Positions 11,257 through 23,370 are shown, counted from the stretch's first letter. The stretch is DNA of 64,000 nucleotides from an uncultured Nitrososphaeraceae archaeon (GCA_963765895.1 CAVXZB010000088.1:96001-160000); one strand, 5' to 3'. The notes: a model not told the origin generated them from the sequence alone. Program-made: numbers and translations.

Positions 11257-11853
11257 GTTTTAGTTATTCTATTCTTTTATATATGGTGAGAAAAAGATTC
11301 TACAGTACTCTTTTACCTCAATTAGGCAACGAGCAAACTGTCTAATTAATTATCTACATAAAAAGACATTATTTTTAGAACTAATTGCGTCATGTATTAA
11401 TACTACATTTGAAATCATAAATAATACACGGCGACATATTAATGCGAAAGCAAAGTGTACTTAGTATTATTCTGCATGGCATGATTTAATAAACTTGCAT
11501 CATAGGACGGTCATGAATCGAGTTAAGATTATTCAAGTTAATTAGGCGCTCAACTTAATAGATTTCAACCACAACTAGCTCATTATATGGTTAAGTTTTA
11601 ACCAGTCTTCTTCCATTTTCAAATAATTTTGTCTTGATTATATTCTCTGATTCTTTGAACCAATCAATTCACATAACAGATATGTCTTTTATCTATCAAC
11701 TTTAGTATATTGTAGAAATCATGTTAGTATTGAATTTGGGACCCTATCAATAAACATTGTAAACAATAGGAACATCTATTAAGGCAATTTAGCTAATCGT
11801 TGTCTTCTCTCAATATATGATGCTATAATAATTTTCTCATATTGCTAGAGCGG

Positions 11854-13443
11854 TCATAATTTTGAAATTGCGTTCATATCAAAATCAAGAATCTTTGTAC
11901 ACAATGCCTTAATATTTGGATCCTTAAGTATCTGCTTAATAAACTCATCCGCCACTACTATAACTTCTTTAAAACTGTTATTGGATAAGAATTTTTCTAA
12001 TGATATCTTAAAAGTCGGGTAGTCCTCAACTCGCGATGTTAAGACATGGTTCTTGAGAGATAAGTTGTGAGCGGCTGGAAATATATCAGAAATTTCGGCT
12101 GGGATGACTCCGAGGAACCGATTGTATGTACAGATCTGAGCATCTGGCAATTTTTTACTTATTTGAAGATATTGCAATGTGGTGTAAAAAGGATGAATAT
12201 CTGATTCAGGATATAATACTAATTTTTGTTTAGTATCGAATGGTTTGAAATCAGACACCATTCCTCTAAACCGCTCAGCTTCTGGTCTATATTGATCAAA
12301 AGGTTCAAAAAGAAAAATAGCCTTCTTCTTAAATTTTGGGGTCCCATCTTTTATAATTTGTAAATCTTTGAATATATATAGTGCCTCCATTAGTTTAGGA
12401 TGAGCTCTCGCTTTTTCTAGGACATATTCCCACAATCTACCATCAATAATTGCCTGTTTTACTGCTGAGACCTCGGCCCCGATAACATGTAAATTATGCT
12501 TTCCAAGTTCCACTATCCTTTGCTCCTTATCGACCTGCAATAGTTCCTTTGTTTTAAACCTACTACAGACCGAGCACGAGCAAGGAAAATAAGAGAGATC
12601 TTGTAACTTGAGTGTTCCATTTGCATGCATATAGCGATCCTCCTTAGCGTATAGAATATACGACGCGGAATCGAAAGTATCACATCCTAATGCAACAACT
12701 AGCGGTATAGTAATAGGGTGCCCAGCACCAAAGAGATGAAATGGTTTAGTAGGAACTGAGCACTTTGCAGACACTATCATTTCTGATAATATTGAAAACT
12801 CGTACCTCTCCATTACCTCTACTGGACTTCCAATCGCCAGAAGCTCAAAGCCCATTTTATCTAATCTTTCAGCAGAATATTTCACTAAATCACTATGTTC
12901 TCCACCTTGAACAGGGCCTACCCAAACTGGGTCTATACTCCGATTAATTTCTTGACTGATTATATCGTTTTTGATTGAACTTCTAGTTCTTGCCAGTTCA
13001 AGGGTTTCTTTAGCATTCTTGAGCGTGTCCTCCACGTAACGCATGGCCTTCGTATGTCCTAACCCAAAACCAGTGGGCTTATCTAAGGGCACAGGAATAT
13101 CACTTTTAATTTCTATTTCAAAAGATGCAATCGTCTCGGGTTCGACATTGATCTGACCATATTCAAGTACTTGGTACCCGCCTGAATCTGTCATCACAAT
13201 ACAATCGCTGTTTATAATCTTGTGAATACCTTTCTTTCTGGCCTCATCCCCATAATGCTTCAACGCAAGATAGGCGTTTGTTATAACCGCATCGAAACCT
13301 AGCTTTCTTAGAGTTCGTGGACTAATACTTTGTCTTATTGGATGTACTACTGGAATAAACGCAGGAGTCTCTAAAATACCGTGAGGTGTAGCGAGTCTTC
13401 CAATTCGTCCCGCTAGGTCAGAGTACCTGACCTCAAATGACAA
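11854..13443 (-). CDS. tgtA: tRNA-guanine(15) transglycosylase (archaeosine synthesis)
   Basis: DLAGRIGRL.TPHG..ETPAF.PV, MTDSGGYQ, HLFGAGHP, DTFDSASY, zinc site CSCSVC, LWEYV..KARAHP. Confidence 0.95.
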   Translation of the reverse strand: MSFEVRYSDLAGRIGRLATPHGILETPAFIPVVHPIRQSISPRTLRKLGFDAVITNAYLALKHYGDEARKKGIHKIINSDCIVMTDSGGYQVLEYGQINVEPETIASFEIEIKSDIPVPLDKPTGFGLGHTKAMRYVEDTLKNAKETLELARTRSSIKNDIISQEINRSIDPVWVGPVQGGEHSDLVKYSAERLDKMGFELLAIGSPVEVMERYEFSILSEMIVSAKCSVPTKPFHLFGAGHPITIPLVVALGCDTFDSASYILYAKEDRYMHANGTLKLQDLSYFPCSCSVCSRFKTKELLQVDKEQRIVELGKHNLHVIGAEVSAVKQAIIDGRLWEYVLEKARAHPKLMEALYIFKDLQIIKDGTPKFKKKAIFLFEPFDQYRPEAERFRGMVSDFKPFDTKQKLVLYPESDIHPFYTTLQYLQISKKLPDAQICTYNRFLGVIPAEISDIFPAAHNLSLKNHVLTSRVEDYPTFKISLEKFLSNNSFKEVIVVADEFIKQILKDPNIKALCTKILDFDMNAISKL

Positions 13444-13445
13444 AT

Positions 13446-13859
13446 TTACTTTTTAGTCTCCCTTATAAACTCATCGTATATAGCTTTTACTCTATCGGCA
13501 GCTAAACCTGAGCCCTCTTGGATTCCAGACTCTGTAACTTTGATTTTTTCCATTACTATTATAGCACCTACATCTTCCCTGATTTTTACTAGACCTGGGA
13601 ATACCCTTGACAATCTATCAGATAAAGCCTTATAATCAAAAGGCTTTTCCATCAATTTTATTTCTTTAACATATGCCCCGTTAACTATCATTTTGAGTAT
13701 CCCTTGGCCCTCGACATTATCAAGAACTAGATCAAGTCTTTCATCGATGCCAGTTAATGTTCCATTATAGATCTTCTTATCTGAAGTTTCAACAGACACT
13801 TTTTTACCCAAAAATTGAATTGTTTCCTCTCCAAACTTACGTAAAAATACTGCCGACAT
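13446..13859 (-). CDS. Sm-like (Lsm) RNA-binding protein with C-terminal domain (SmAP3 type)
   Basis: Sm1 motif KKVSVET...YNGTLTGIDERLDLVLDN plus C-terminal domain (FPGLVK..EDVGAIIVM); start at ATG 13859. Confidence 0.85.
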   Translation of the reverse strand: MSAVFLRKFGEETIQFLGKKVSVETSDKKIYNGTLTGIDERLDLVLDNVEGQGILKMIVNGAYVKEIKLMEKPFDYKALSDRLSRVFPGLVKIREDVGAIIVMEKIKVTESGIQEGSGLAADRVKAIYDEFIRETKK

Positions 13860-14010
13860 GATGCCATGGTAAGTTCTACCTGTAATATATTTGAATTTCA
13901 TTATGTGACATCTAGTACATAGAATTTGCTAGTACCTCTAGGCGTCAGAATTTGATACAAAGAATATTGTAGAATAGGTTGCCAGAACTAGTGTTTTGCG
14001 ACTTCGTTAT

Positions 14011-14580
14011 TCATAAATGTAAAAACTTGTCTGAGTCTCCATTTTTACAGATTAGAGATATCCAATCTGTTATTCCGATTTTTCGATCGCATTTTTTTAA
14101 AAGTGTAGATATAATTATATCTGCTACTTTGAAAGGTGCTATATTACTTGTATCAATTTCTGCAGTCTTTGCTGTTCCGAAGACTTTCAGAGTATCGAAG
14201 AGACATATATCAAGAATCTCACTAATAACATTATCATTAACCTTCCTAATTGTATACCCTCTGTCCTGTAATGTTCCTGATAAATAATATGGAGATCGTC
14301 GCAATACTGCCGCTAGAGTTACTCCTTTAGGATCTACTACATATGGAGCAAGATGACCAATAATTATACATCTGTCCTGTGATTCTGATTCTTCCTCAAT
14401 CAATGTTGTTAATTTTTTAAGATTAACCTCATCTGTTCTATCGCCATTGATATCCTTTAAGAAAACATTATGTTCAACTGCTATCTTGTTAATATCAATA
14501 ATTCTAGATCCCTTTAACTTTTTAGTGAGAAATGTTGCAGCCGAATGCTTTCCGACTCCAGGTGTTCCTGTGATGACCAC
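14011..14580 (-). CDS. Atypical adenylate kinase (AK6/Fap7 family)
   Basis: ITGTPGVGK P-loop, IIIGHLA (hhhxH motif), L..RGY...KV.DN..SEILD. Confidence 0.85.
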   Translation of the reverse strand: MVITGTPGVGKHSAATFLTKKLKGSRIIDINKIAVEHNVFLKDINGDRTDEVNLKKLTTLIEEESESQDRCIIIGHLAPYVVDPKGVTLAAVLRRSPYYLSGTLQDRGYTIRKVNDNVISEILDICLFDTLKVFGTAKTAEIDTSNIAPFKVADIIISTLLKKCDRKIGITDWISLICKNGDSDKFLHL

Positions 14581-15237
14581 CTTAATAAGTCGACAGATTT
14601 TTAGTCCCCTTCCAAGCTATAGATATTGTATTGTCACAATTATTTGTTATTTGTAAACTCTTTTTTCCCGTATTGTATGACTCAACCATTTTTGGTAATT
14701 CCTGTAGGAGCCCTATTTTATTATATCTACGAGTGTCATTCTTATTGTCATTTTCTTTTTCAATTAAATATATTGTCATTTTCATCTAATTGGTCTAGGA
14801 TATATTATTTGAAGTTTGAACAAAAGAGCCAATCCAGAATAATACAAATACATCATTGGGGCTGAGTTTTTCTTGGCTGTTTGTAGAGCCTTACTGAGTA
14901 AAAATAAAAATCTAATTATCTACTTCCAATGAAGACATCCTCGAGGACAAATTGCAAGTCCTGTATTTAATATCCGATGTATAATTTTGGAACTTAAGGT
15001 GAGACCAGGACTCATCAGAATAATGTTCAATTCGCGGTGCGGTGCGGGGCAGAGCATAATTAGTGTGCAGCATATTCAGCGAACACTATTAAGTAATCAA
15101 ACCGGACTAAAAGAGTGTAATTCAATTATACAAGTCAATAGACATGCAAAAAAATATTTTCAACGCATAATCTAAAATCAAGATTCTTATACAAAAAAGA
15201 AAGTTGTGATGCTTCTATGCGGTATAGTTATTGTCTT

Positions 15238-15531
15238 TTAGCCTTCTTCCCAACCCTTGTCGAAGACACCATTCTTATGTAGAGGCACTGGCTGTCCTGA
15301 GGTATATTCCATTGGTCTCATCCAAAATATTGCGTGTGTTGGACAAACTCCGATGCATGCACCATCAGATATACATCTTTCTGGGTAAAAGATGAACGCC
15401 TTACCTCTTTTCCACCCTTCAACGGGCTTCACTCTAAGAACGTCTGGACCAAGAGCAGTGCATATCTCTACACAGAGAGCACAACCTATACATCTTTGTT
15501 CATCAACGTCTGGAATTATAGCAATTGGCAC
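15238..15531 (-). CDS. 4Fe-4S dicluster ferredoxin
   Basis: CIGCALCVEIC and CISDGACIGVCP motifs (second cluster has Asp in place of one Cys). Confidence 0.93.
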   Translation of the reverse strand: MPIAIIPDVDEQRCIGCALCVEICTALGPDVLRVKPVEGWKRGKAFIFYPERCISDGACIGVCPTHAIFWMRPMEYTSGQPVPLHKNGVFDKGWEEG

Positions 15532-15698
15532 TTTTAACTCACTAAATCTTGCATATGTTCGAAACTATTTAAACCCTATGCCAATTACAAAACAGCGTTA
15601 TAACAATAATCTTCCAAGATATTTCTTAACTAAATATCTGCGAGATTAATTATCTAAAAAGTAAAGACTCGCAACTAAAAAGAATAGAAAATAGGCAG

Positions 15699-15919
15699 CT
15701 ATTTTTTAGTCATTCTTAGGACATCTACCTGTCCGCTATGCAGCCAATCCTTTAATTCTTCATGACTAGGTTTTGCATCATGTTTCCCCGCTAAATGTAG
15801 ATGTAAAAGAACATAGTTAACTTGATTTAGCAGTGGCTTGTTTCCTTCATCGCCTTTCGGCTTTTATTCCTGAGATCTTGCGGAACGGTAGCCCACCAAT
15901 CGTCGAATTTTCGAACCAT
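15699..15919 (-). CDS. Small (about 73 aa) hypothetical protein with a 1-nt deletion near 15855, not in the ORF track
   Basis: GAGGT SD then MVRKFDDWWATVPQDLRNKSRK; after the shift DEGNKPLLNQVNYVLLHLHLAGKHDAKPSHEELKDWLHSGQVDVLRMTKK*. Confidence 0.7.
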
Positions 15920-16074
15920 ACCTCAAATCTATGACGGAAGTTAATAAGCCTTTTGGGGTCTAGATCGTTCCATCGTAGAAATGGGAAAATGATCCACACG
16001 GCTCAAACTCTATCATGTGATGGGCATTCAGTAACACAATAGGGCTAAATGAAGGCGTGTAGGAATGACTACAA

Positions 16075-16968
16075 ATGCCATTTAATCTTGATGAATTATT
16101 AGCGGCTTATTCTGCTTACCAACGTTTTGTTGCCCTTGAACCAAATCCACACCATCTGCGATACATATTTCCACTATTTGAAGGAACTTACTTCGCATAT
16201 AGAAAAATCGATGTACTTCGTGTAACTCATATCGCCAAATCAATATCAACAAAGCCAAGCTATATCGATATTGGCTGTGGATATGGAGATTTCTTGAGAA
16301 AGGTGAGAGAGTATATCCCAAATGCGATTGGAATCGAAAATGACTTTACCCTGTTCCATCTTCTTAAAAAACCGAAACCTGACTATATATATTTAGGTCC
16401 AATAGAAGGGTTCGACAAAAGGGCTATTGATACTGCATTTGTGGGATGGATGGAACCAGGCGTTGACTTTCGTAAATTTGTTGCAAGCGTAGCAAACTGT
16501 GTCATTACAACATTTGATGAGGGCGGTCAGTGCGGAATAAATGGCGGCTGTGAATATGAGGAGTTTGGACTCCAGCGGATAGCCTATTGGAGAACACCAT
16601 CCTGGATAGATGTAAATACAGAATTAATGAATAAATACTATACTCCATCGCTGTTGTCGCAAGATACAAGATCCCACCTGAAATCGCTTCGCTCATCCCA
16701 CAATCTATGGTATGTATATTCTAAGAAGGATTTCACGAATTGCGTTCGAGAAGGTCTATATAATTGGATACGAAACGAAGAGACTGCGACTGAAAGGTTC
16801 GATTTTGAATCAATACTGGACGAGTGTGGATACCATTTCAAGGAGACACTTCAGGCATCGATGTCCAAGGAACCTTTGTGGGAAGTTATTTTTGATGGCG
16901 ACTCACATGACTTGGATGGATCTTTCCACAAATCCCCCCTAATGAAATCGAAGGACACAGATCAGTAA
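16075..16968 (+). CDS. Class I SAM-dependent methyltransferase-like protein
   Basis: YIDIGCGYGDFL motif I followed by AIGIE. Confidence 0.75.
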   Translation: MPFNLDELLAAYSAYQRFVALEPNPHHLRYIFPLFEGTYFAYRKIDVLRVTHIAKSISTKPSYIDIGCGYGDFLRKVREYIPNAIGIENDFTLFHLLKKPKPDYIYLGPIEGFDKRAIDTAFVGWMEPGVDFRKFVASVANCVITTFDEGGQCGINGGCEYEEFGLQRIAYWRTPSWIDVNTELMNKYYTPSLLSQDTRSHLKSLRSSHNLWYVYSKKDFTNCVREGLYNWIRNEETATERFDFESILDECGYHFKETLQASMSKEPLWEVIFDGDSHDLDGSFHKSPLMKSKDTDQ

Positions 16969-17262
16969 CTGTTGAAACCCAGATGTGCTCATAGTATTCT
17001 CATTAATTTGGTCTAAACTGATGAATTAGTTTATGTAAGAAATGGAACGTCAACGAATATAGCTAGAAAGGAGTATAATTGGAAAAAAGATAGTGATACT
17101 AAATCATACTCATCTGCATCTTTTGTTGTTGTTCTAAATATGTCTTCTGTATTAGTCTAGAATCAATATTAATGCATATATGCATAAACTGCATTAACTC
17201 GTACGACCGGTGGTTTCCTACGTTTCCATATTCGAAGACACCTGTAAAACATGTAATTGACT

Positions 17263-18249
17263 GAGCCTATCCCAAAATTCTTCTCCTATAGATAACTATA
17301 CAACAGCCTAACATACTACTACTAACGCAAAATATCTTCCTAACTTCTTCTCATACCCAACTAAAAGTTTTCTGAACCTGTTATGCCAAGAGTTAGTTGT
17401 TTCTACAACCCATCTTCTTTTAGCATGATGATGACGATGATTATTACCACCATTAATCTTTATAACTGATTGTTCTCCTCTATGTCAAATATGTGATAGA
17501 TATCCTTTATTGGTTCGATAGCGACCTTATGGTCGATCTCTTGAAAGTCATATCCTTTACCAAGATAGATAAAGATTCTGTTTTTCTTTATATGTCCTAG
17601 ACGATCTTTTAACTACGGTATTATTATCCAGCGTGTTTATTGCTGCCTTTCATATCATCATGCGTATTAGCCCCAGTTATAATAATAATAATAACAGATA
17701 ATGGAAATACCTTGTCCATCGGTTATTAATACAGGATGACGTTTTGTTCCTAACTAATAACTTACATCTGTCTGTAGGATTAGGTCCAATCAGTCATTTC
17801 TGCCTAGAGATGCCTTTATCGATATACTACTACTATCAAGTGATTGCCTCTCTATTGAATTCCTACTTTAGCCATCATACACTTTTTTTAGCAAGTCTAG
17901 TCCATAATCTCTCAAATATCTTATATTGACCATTGCTGAAATCTTCTATGACATGTCGAACCTGAACCATACTCCTTTGGCAACATCTATCTTCCATTGA
18001 CATTGACACCAGTTCTTAAGACATTCCAAAAACATATACAATGCCATCGAATACCTTCCTAAATGATACTGCTGCTGGACGTCCTATGGAATTATTCGGT
18101 TTTTCTGATGGAAGTATCAACAACCTGGCCTCATTCCATAACGCATCAGAGATTCTTTTGACAATTGGAAGATATTTGACTTTATCATAAGCCGCACTTA
18201 AGAACAAAACCCTCACAAGCCATACTCTATCTATTTTTGGGATGGGTTC
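17263..18249 (-). mobile_element. Degenerate IS5-family insertion sequence (about 990 bp), transposase pseudogene
   Basis: Terminal inverted repeats GAGCCTATCCCAAAA (17263-17277) and TTTTGGGATGGGTTC (18235-18249), 13/15 match; fragments LPSEKPNNSIGRP..FRKVFDGIVYV, PKEYGSG, ANTHD, RWVVE..NSWHNRFRKLL.GYEKK, GCCIVIYRRRILG*. Confidence 0.9.
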
Positions 18250-18962
18250 TTATGTGTGAAATATTCACTTCGATGGCAAAAATGATCCCTTCACAACTTA
18301 AGTTGACAACCCAACTTTTGAAATTGTACATAAAGTACCTCTCCAATTTCGTCGTCGTTGTAACCTTTAACTATAAATTACTTAAGGAGACAGATTTGCC
18401 TCTTTGGCAAAAAATGGATCAGGATCATCATTGCAAGATCAATATCGCGTAAATAATTGTACATTAAGCACAGTTTGCAGAACTATAACGTAAATTTTTT
18501 GACTAATTTGGCCTAATATGGGTCCACTCGCACACTCTTATTCATCGGGTATATGTTACGGAAGAAATGCATTATTACACCTAATTTCTTTTCTATTTAA
18601 ATAACTACCAAATTTAGATTATACGTGGATCATCGTATTAAAAAAATAAAGGAGGTCTAGACGGTTTTAGCAGCTAGGCTTAAATCACAAACTCATCATT
18701 GCTCTTTATATTTGGTAATAATAGATCCGAATTAATTATATAGTGTAGAATGATCCGAAAATTTATTACAATATTTAGTGTCTCATATCAGACTAAAGTA
18801 GAAAATCAAAGTCAAGTGGATCAAGTTGTTATTCCTTTAGATAGTTATTGCTATAAATATTTTGACTGAAATATTTACTAAGCGAGGCGCTGCGAGTTAG
18901 TTCATAACTGTCATGCATTTAGATATGCATAAAATAGCGAATACACCTGAACAAATTAATAA

Positions 18963-19502
18963 TTAAGATGGGGATCCATCTCTGTCAATGGCCATATGTG
19001 ACCACTGTCCCTTATTGGTAGGATCGGATGCTAGATTCTTAACATTAGTAGTTGTTTTCCCTTCGATTACATTTGGTGTTTCTTCGTATGCAAAGTCCTC
19101 TAGCCGCTTTAGTGTATTGAATACTGAGTCATAGAATCCCTTGTGGAATTGACTTCCTAGTTTACAATATGGATGTCCGCCGACCAGATTGTGATTTGGA
19201 TTATGACAATCACCGTACACAATTTTCTTTTTAAGATCAACAGTGAGCCATGAAAGACACATTAGTCCCAAGATCCAAAAGAAAGGCTCAAAATGAAACT
19301 TTACGTAAATCGTTGGGTTGTATGGATCACATTTATCCTGTTTTTGTTGTCCGACATATTCCTCGACCTTATCTTGTATCTTTGAGAAGATTATATTCAT
19401 AAATTCCTTGTCTAATGTTGGTCTGCTACCAATTAATTCTTGGATTGAATTGTAGAACGATTCGATATCTATATCTTTCTTTAGCCATTTTGTATCACTC
19501 AT
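18963..19502 (-). CDS. Hypothetical protein
   Basis: 179-aa ORF with a TATA-like element upstream; no family recognised. Confidence 0.7.
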   Translation of the reverse strand: MSDTKWLKKDIDIESFYNSIQELIGSRPTLDKEFMNIIFSKIQDKVEEYVGQQKQDKCDPYNPTIYVKFHFEPFFWILGLMCLSWLTVDLKKKIVYGDCHNPNHNLVGGHPYCKLGSQFHKGFYDSVFNTLKRLEDFAYEETPNVIEGKTTTNVKNLASDPTNKGQWSHMAIDRDGSPS

Positions 19503-19813
19503 TTACAATATGCTATAAAACAAATCGCATAGATAAACTTACTATTAACTTTTAAATAGGACCCAACATCAACGATGGTTAACAGCAAGGATGAGAATCT
19601 TAAATGACTCCGCTACAAAAATAAACTACCTCCTACGTATAACAGAACAATATAAATCTCGAGAAATGTATAAAAGTCTCTATTGAGCCTCTTGAAATAA
19701 GAAACTGCAATTTCGCACTAAAAGAATAGCAATTTTATGAGTTTATATGCTCAGTATTTATCTCGTGGTTTACCATAATCAGTTAAAAAGTGGAGAATAC
19801 TGGAAGTTACTCA

Positions 19814-20350
19814 ATGATTTCTAAATCTATTATTTATGTGTCTATTACCATTATTGGGATTGCAATGGCAGGTTTAGGTCCTAGTGATAATGGGTAATTA
19901 CTATCATTTTTATGTAGTTGCTGGCGTGAGTATGATTCCTACATAAATGATTTTGTCATTGTTAGCAGTGTCACATCTTTCTCCAAGCTCAAAGTCGGAG
20001 ATATTATTGTATTCAGATCCGTAGGCTCATTAATTCCATACGAACTTCATAAAATAGTTCATAGGATAGCATGCACAGTTACTTCTGGGTCGAAGGGACA
20101 GAAATTATCAGGACTAAAGGAGATGCAAACTTACGATAGATTCCTTTCATTGATTATCCTGTAGAAAACCAATTATATCGGCAAAGTTATCAATGTTGTC
20201 CCTAAACTTGGTGTAATAAGCAAAGTTATTAATCCAATTGCAAACTATTTTATTGTAGCTGGAGCAGTAGTATTGACGATCTTACTTTATACGAGAACTA
20301 GTAAAGGAGGAGAACAGACACCAATAGAGATGCCTCAGAAACCAACTTAG
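19814..20350 (+). pseudogene. Degraded signal peptidase I (S26, Sec11-type)
   Basis: Fragments FYVVAGVSMIPT, LKVGDIIVFR, IVHR, RTKGDAN and YIGKV..VVPKLG plus a TM tail, broken by stops and indels. Confidence 0.8.
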
Positions 20351-21313
20351 AAATGTTGGCATATGGCTGTTAGGCTTGGGATAGATCCCTACCCTGGTAC
20401 GCTTGTTCACTAAATGCGCGGTTTAGATTGATCATCATGACTATGGGCTGGCTACAGTGGCAAATACATAAATATTTGCTTTAGGCTTAGTAGAAAGTCC
20501 AAAATTCAACAAATCCCAGCACGATCCTAAAAAAGATACTGTTTTCCTTCGAGATCATTTTAATGAAGTAGCTATAGTTTTTGAGACACTATGGTAACGT
20601 ATCCGTTGTGGGCCATCTTGTTTCTCCTACCCAATTTTGGGATAGTTTCCCATTTTTGGTTACACTCTATATTCTATTCGCATAGCTTTCCAAGGTTTAT
20701 AGATATTATATCAAGATTATTTGCACCATGTAATCTATTAGTATTAGCCTTAACAGATTTAATTCTAGCATAGAATATTTACCATGAGCTAAAACTCGCT
20801 ATCGAACACTTCCTAATGTCTCTGATATGATCTTAACTAGACTCATTGCTTTCAACTGTGTTTCATGATCTGATCTCTGTTTAATTACAGTGATATTTCG
20901 GAGCTCAACATGATTCCTATCAAAGCTGTTATCGCAGTAATTTGAAAAAAATTAATTGTATAGCACATGTCCACAAATTCATGTGAAGGTCGAAGATAAA
21001 TTGAGCATTTTTGCAATGGGTTAATAGGTGTAACCAGATTAGAAATAAATTGTCAGTATTTGATTTTCATGTCACCGATAGTGACGAAATGTGTTAATTG
21101 AAAATGGATTGGCGTTAAATATTTTGAAGCTTTCAGAATCTAATGTCCAATTTCTAATATTCTTCTATGGCTATAATGTCAGACTCAATAAACTTAATGA
21201 TTATTTGTTATATAACCGTAGGCAAAAATGAAAGTTTATAGTCGGCATCTAGTAAGAATTTCAGCCGCGAACTAAGGTATAACGTAAAGCAAGCTGCATA
21301 TCGAATAATTCTG

Positions 21314-21790
21314 TTATTTTTTCTTATGCCCATAATCCCAGGTGGAATAGTAATCAGGTGTTATTTCCAAAATAACGGATTCTCTGTTTTTCACGTTACT
21401 CATTAGTGATGTAGCCATAGGATGTGCCAAACTTCCTAGATATCTGACCATTATCTTTTCAGCTAATGGTATATTATGAGTAACATTATCATGTATTCTT
21501 ACCTTTCCCTTTCCTCTGACTCCCTTATATGGTTGATTCGGATCATCTACGCAGTAATAAACCAGATCTCTAGAATTTACATTTTCTATCTTTTTCGATG
21601 TCCTTGAAGTCTCGATATAGAATTTTTTGTTTTCAGAATCAAAGTAATACCATGTCGGATGGATAATTGGTTCTCCTTTTTCATCAAGACTAGCGATATG
21701 GATATTAAGCTTACTATTGATCAAAAAACTTATAGTTTCATCCTCTGTTAGTGGAGTGCCCATCCCTGGATTGGCATTAATGATTTTCAT
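21314..21790 (-). CDS. Pyridoxamine 5'-phosphate oxidase family (PPOX class, possibly F420-dependent) protein
   Basis: IASLDEKGEP.I.PTWY, SKKIEN, VYYCVDD...PYKGVRGKG, terminal TWDY. Confidence 0.85.
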   Translation of the reverse strand: MKIINANPGMGTPLTEDETISFLINSKLNIHIASLDEKGEPIIHPTWYYFDSENKKFYIETSRTSKKIENVNSRDLVYYCVDDPNQPYKGVRGKGKVRIHDNVTHNIPLAEKIMVRYLGSLAHPMATSLMSNVKNRESVILEITPDYYSTWDYGHKKK

Positions 21791-22265
21791 GTATTATTTG
21801 CACTAAGAGAACATCATATATTTGTGATTGTACTCCTTTCAAATCACTTAATTTGAAGTAAGATCATAGAGTGTATCAGTATATTACGATTCATCAAAAA
21901 GAATCTTGCAATATTCTTCATGATTTTAGAAATGCTTACTGAGAATAGTTTAATATATAATTCAGACAATTAACAGCGGCTACGAAGAATTGTCATAAAC
22001 TGAGAAACCTTGTCAAAGGAACGCCGATTGACCTATAAATATGCTTCTAAAAATCACGAACCCAATACTTAAGAAAGTTGAGTTTCAAATGTGAGTGAAA
22101 TTCGAAATTAGATTAGGAGATCAATACAAGGTAGAAATGTTATCCCTATACCAGAAATTATTTATGAGATCTGGAAGTGAGACAATTCTTATTCTGCCAT
22201 TAAACTCTATTCAGCAAATTTGAAAACAAACAAATACTTAGTAAATCATAGGCACTTAATTAGAA

Positions 22266-23326
22266 GTGTCACGGAATACAACAATTACAACAAAAATAAG
22301 AGATTATTATTCATCCATGAATTCCATAGTTGTTATGCCAGATTTCTTTTTAGATAGAATCATCAGATTAACGTCAAAAGAGGAATTTTCTAATGTTTTG
22401 GCTGAAAAGGCAAGGTTTGGCGGTGGCAGTATTCGCGATATTCCTACGAAGGATGTCAAGGGTGGAAATGCTGTAAATATTGCATATAGCCTTGCAAGGT
22501 TGGGAGCTAATGTTGCATTATTTACAATAGGAGACGAAATCGCGTCAGCTATTCTTCACCAAACTTTTTTGGAGTTTAGGAACAATGTTGATCTTTTTAT
22601 CGTACCCTGGAAATCATGGTCGGACAACATCCTTAGAATTTCTAAGCCATGAAGATATCAAATTTAATTTAATGGTAAGTGACGTTGGTGACAATGCAAA
22701 TTTTGGACCTGAGAAGGTTAATTCTGAGGAACACCTTAAGATATTAGGTAATGCAGACGCAACGGTAGTGACGAATTGGGGTAGCAATTTGAAAGGGACA
22801 GAATTAGCAGAGTATGTATTTGAAAATTCCTCTAAAGCTCTTCATTTTATAGATCCAGCAGATGTTGAGTCTAGAAGGTTAGATTTTCAAAAATGCTTAG
22901 AATTAATTTCAGAAATTACCGACGTCTTAAGTATAAATGAAAATGAGTGCAATTCTCTCGGAAAAGCTATTGGTCTAGGGACTCTGATACCAGAACATTA
23001 CGAGCCGGAGATAGTCAAGGGTGGCAGCAAAGACAATTGCAGATAATGTCAAGATTAGTACAGATCTGCATACACGAAAGGGATCAGCATGGTCTAACGG
23101 TAGAGAAGCTGAATTTGTTCACTCCATTCGAGTTGAAGCGAAAACCTTGACTGGTGCTGGTGATGTATGGGATGCTGCGGACATAATTGGATACATGTCA
23201 GGTTTGGATGCAAAGGAAAGACTGGTATTCTCTAATGCGAGTGTTTCGCTATATGTTAGAAATTCTTCTGCACTACCACCAAGATTGGATGACGTATTTG
23301 ATATGATAGATAGAATTGGGGCATAG
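22266..23326 (+). CDS. PfkB-family carbohydrate kinase; frameshifts near 22606 and 23020
   Basis: GGNAVNIAYSLARLG, FIDPAD, SINENE and LTGAGDVW motifs across three abutting ORFs. Confidence 0.85.
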
Positions 23327-23370
23327 CAATAATGCTGAGAATGAATACATAGAAAAAGAAGAAAACCAAT

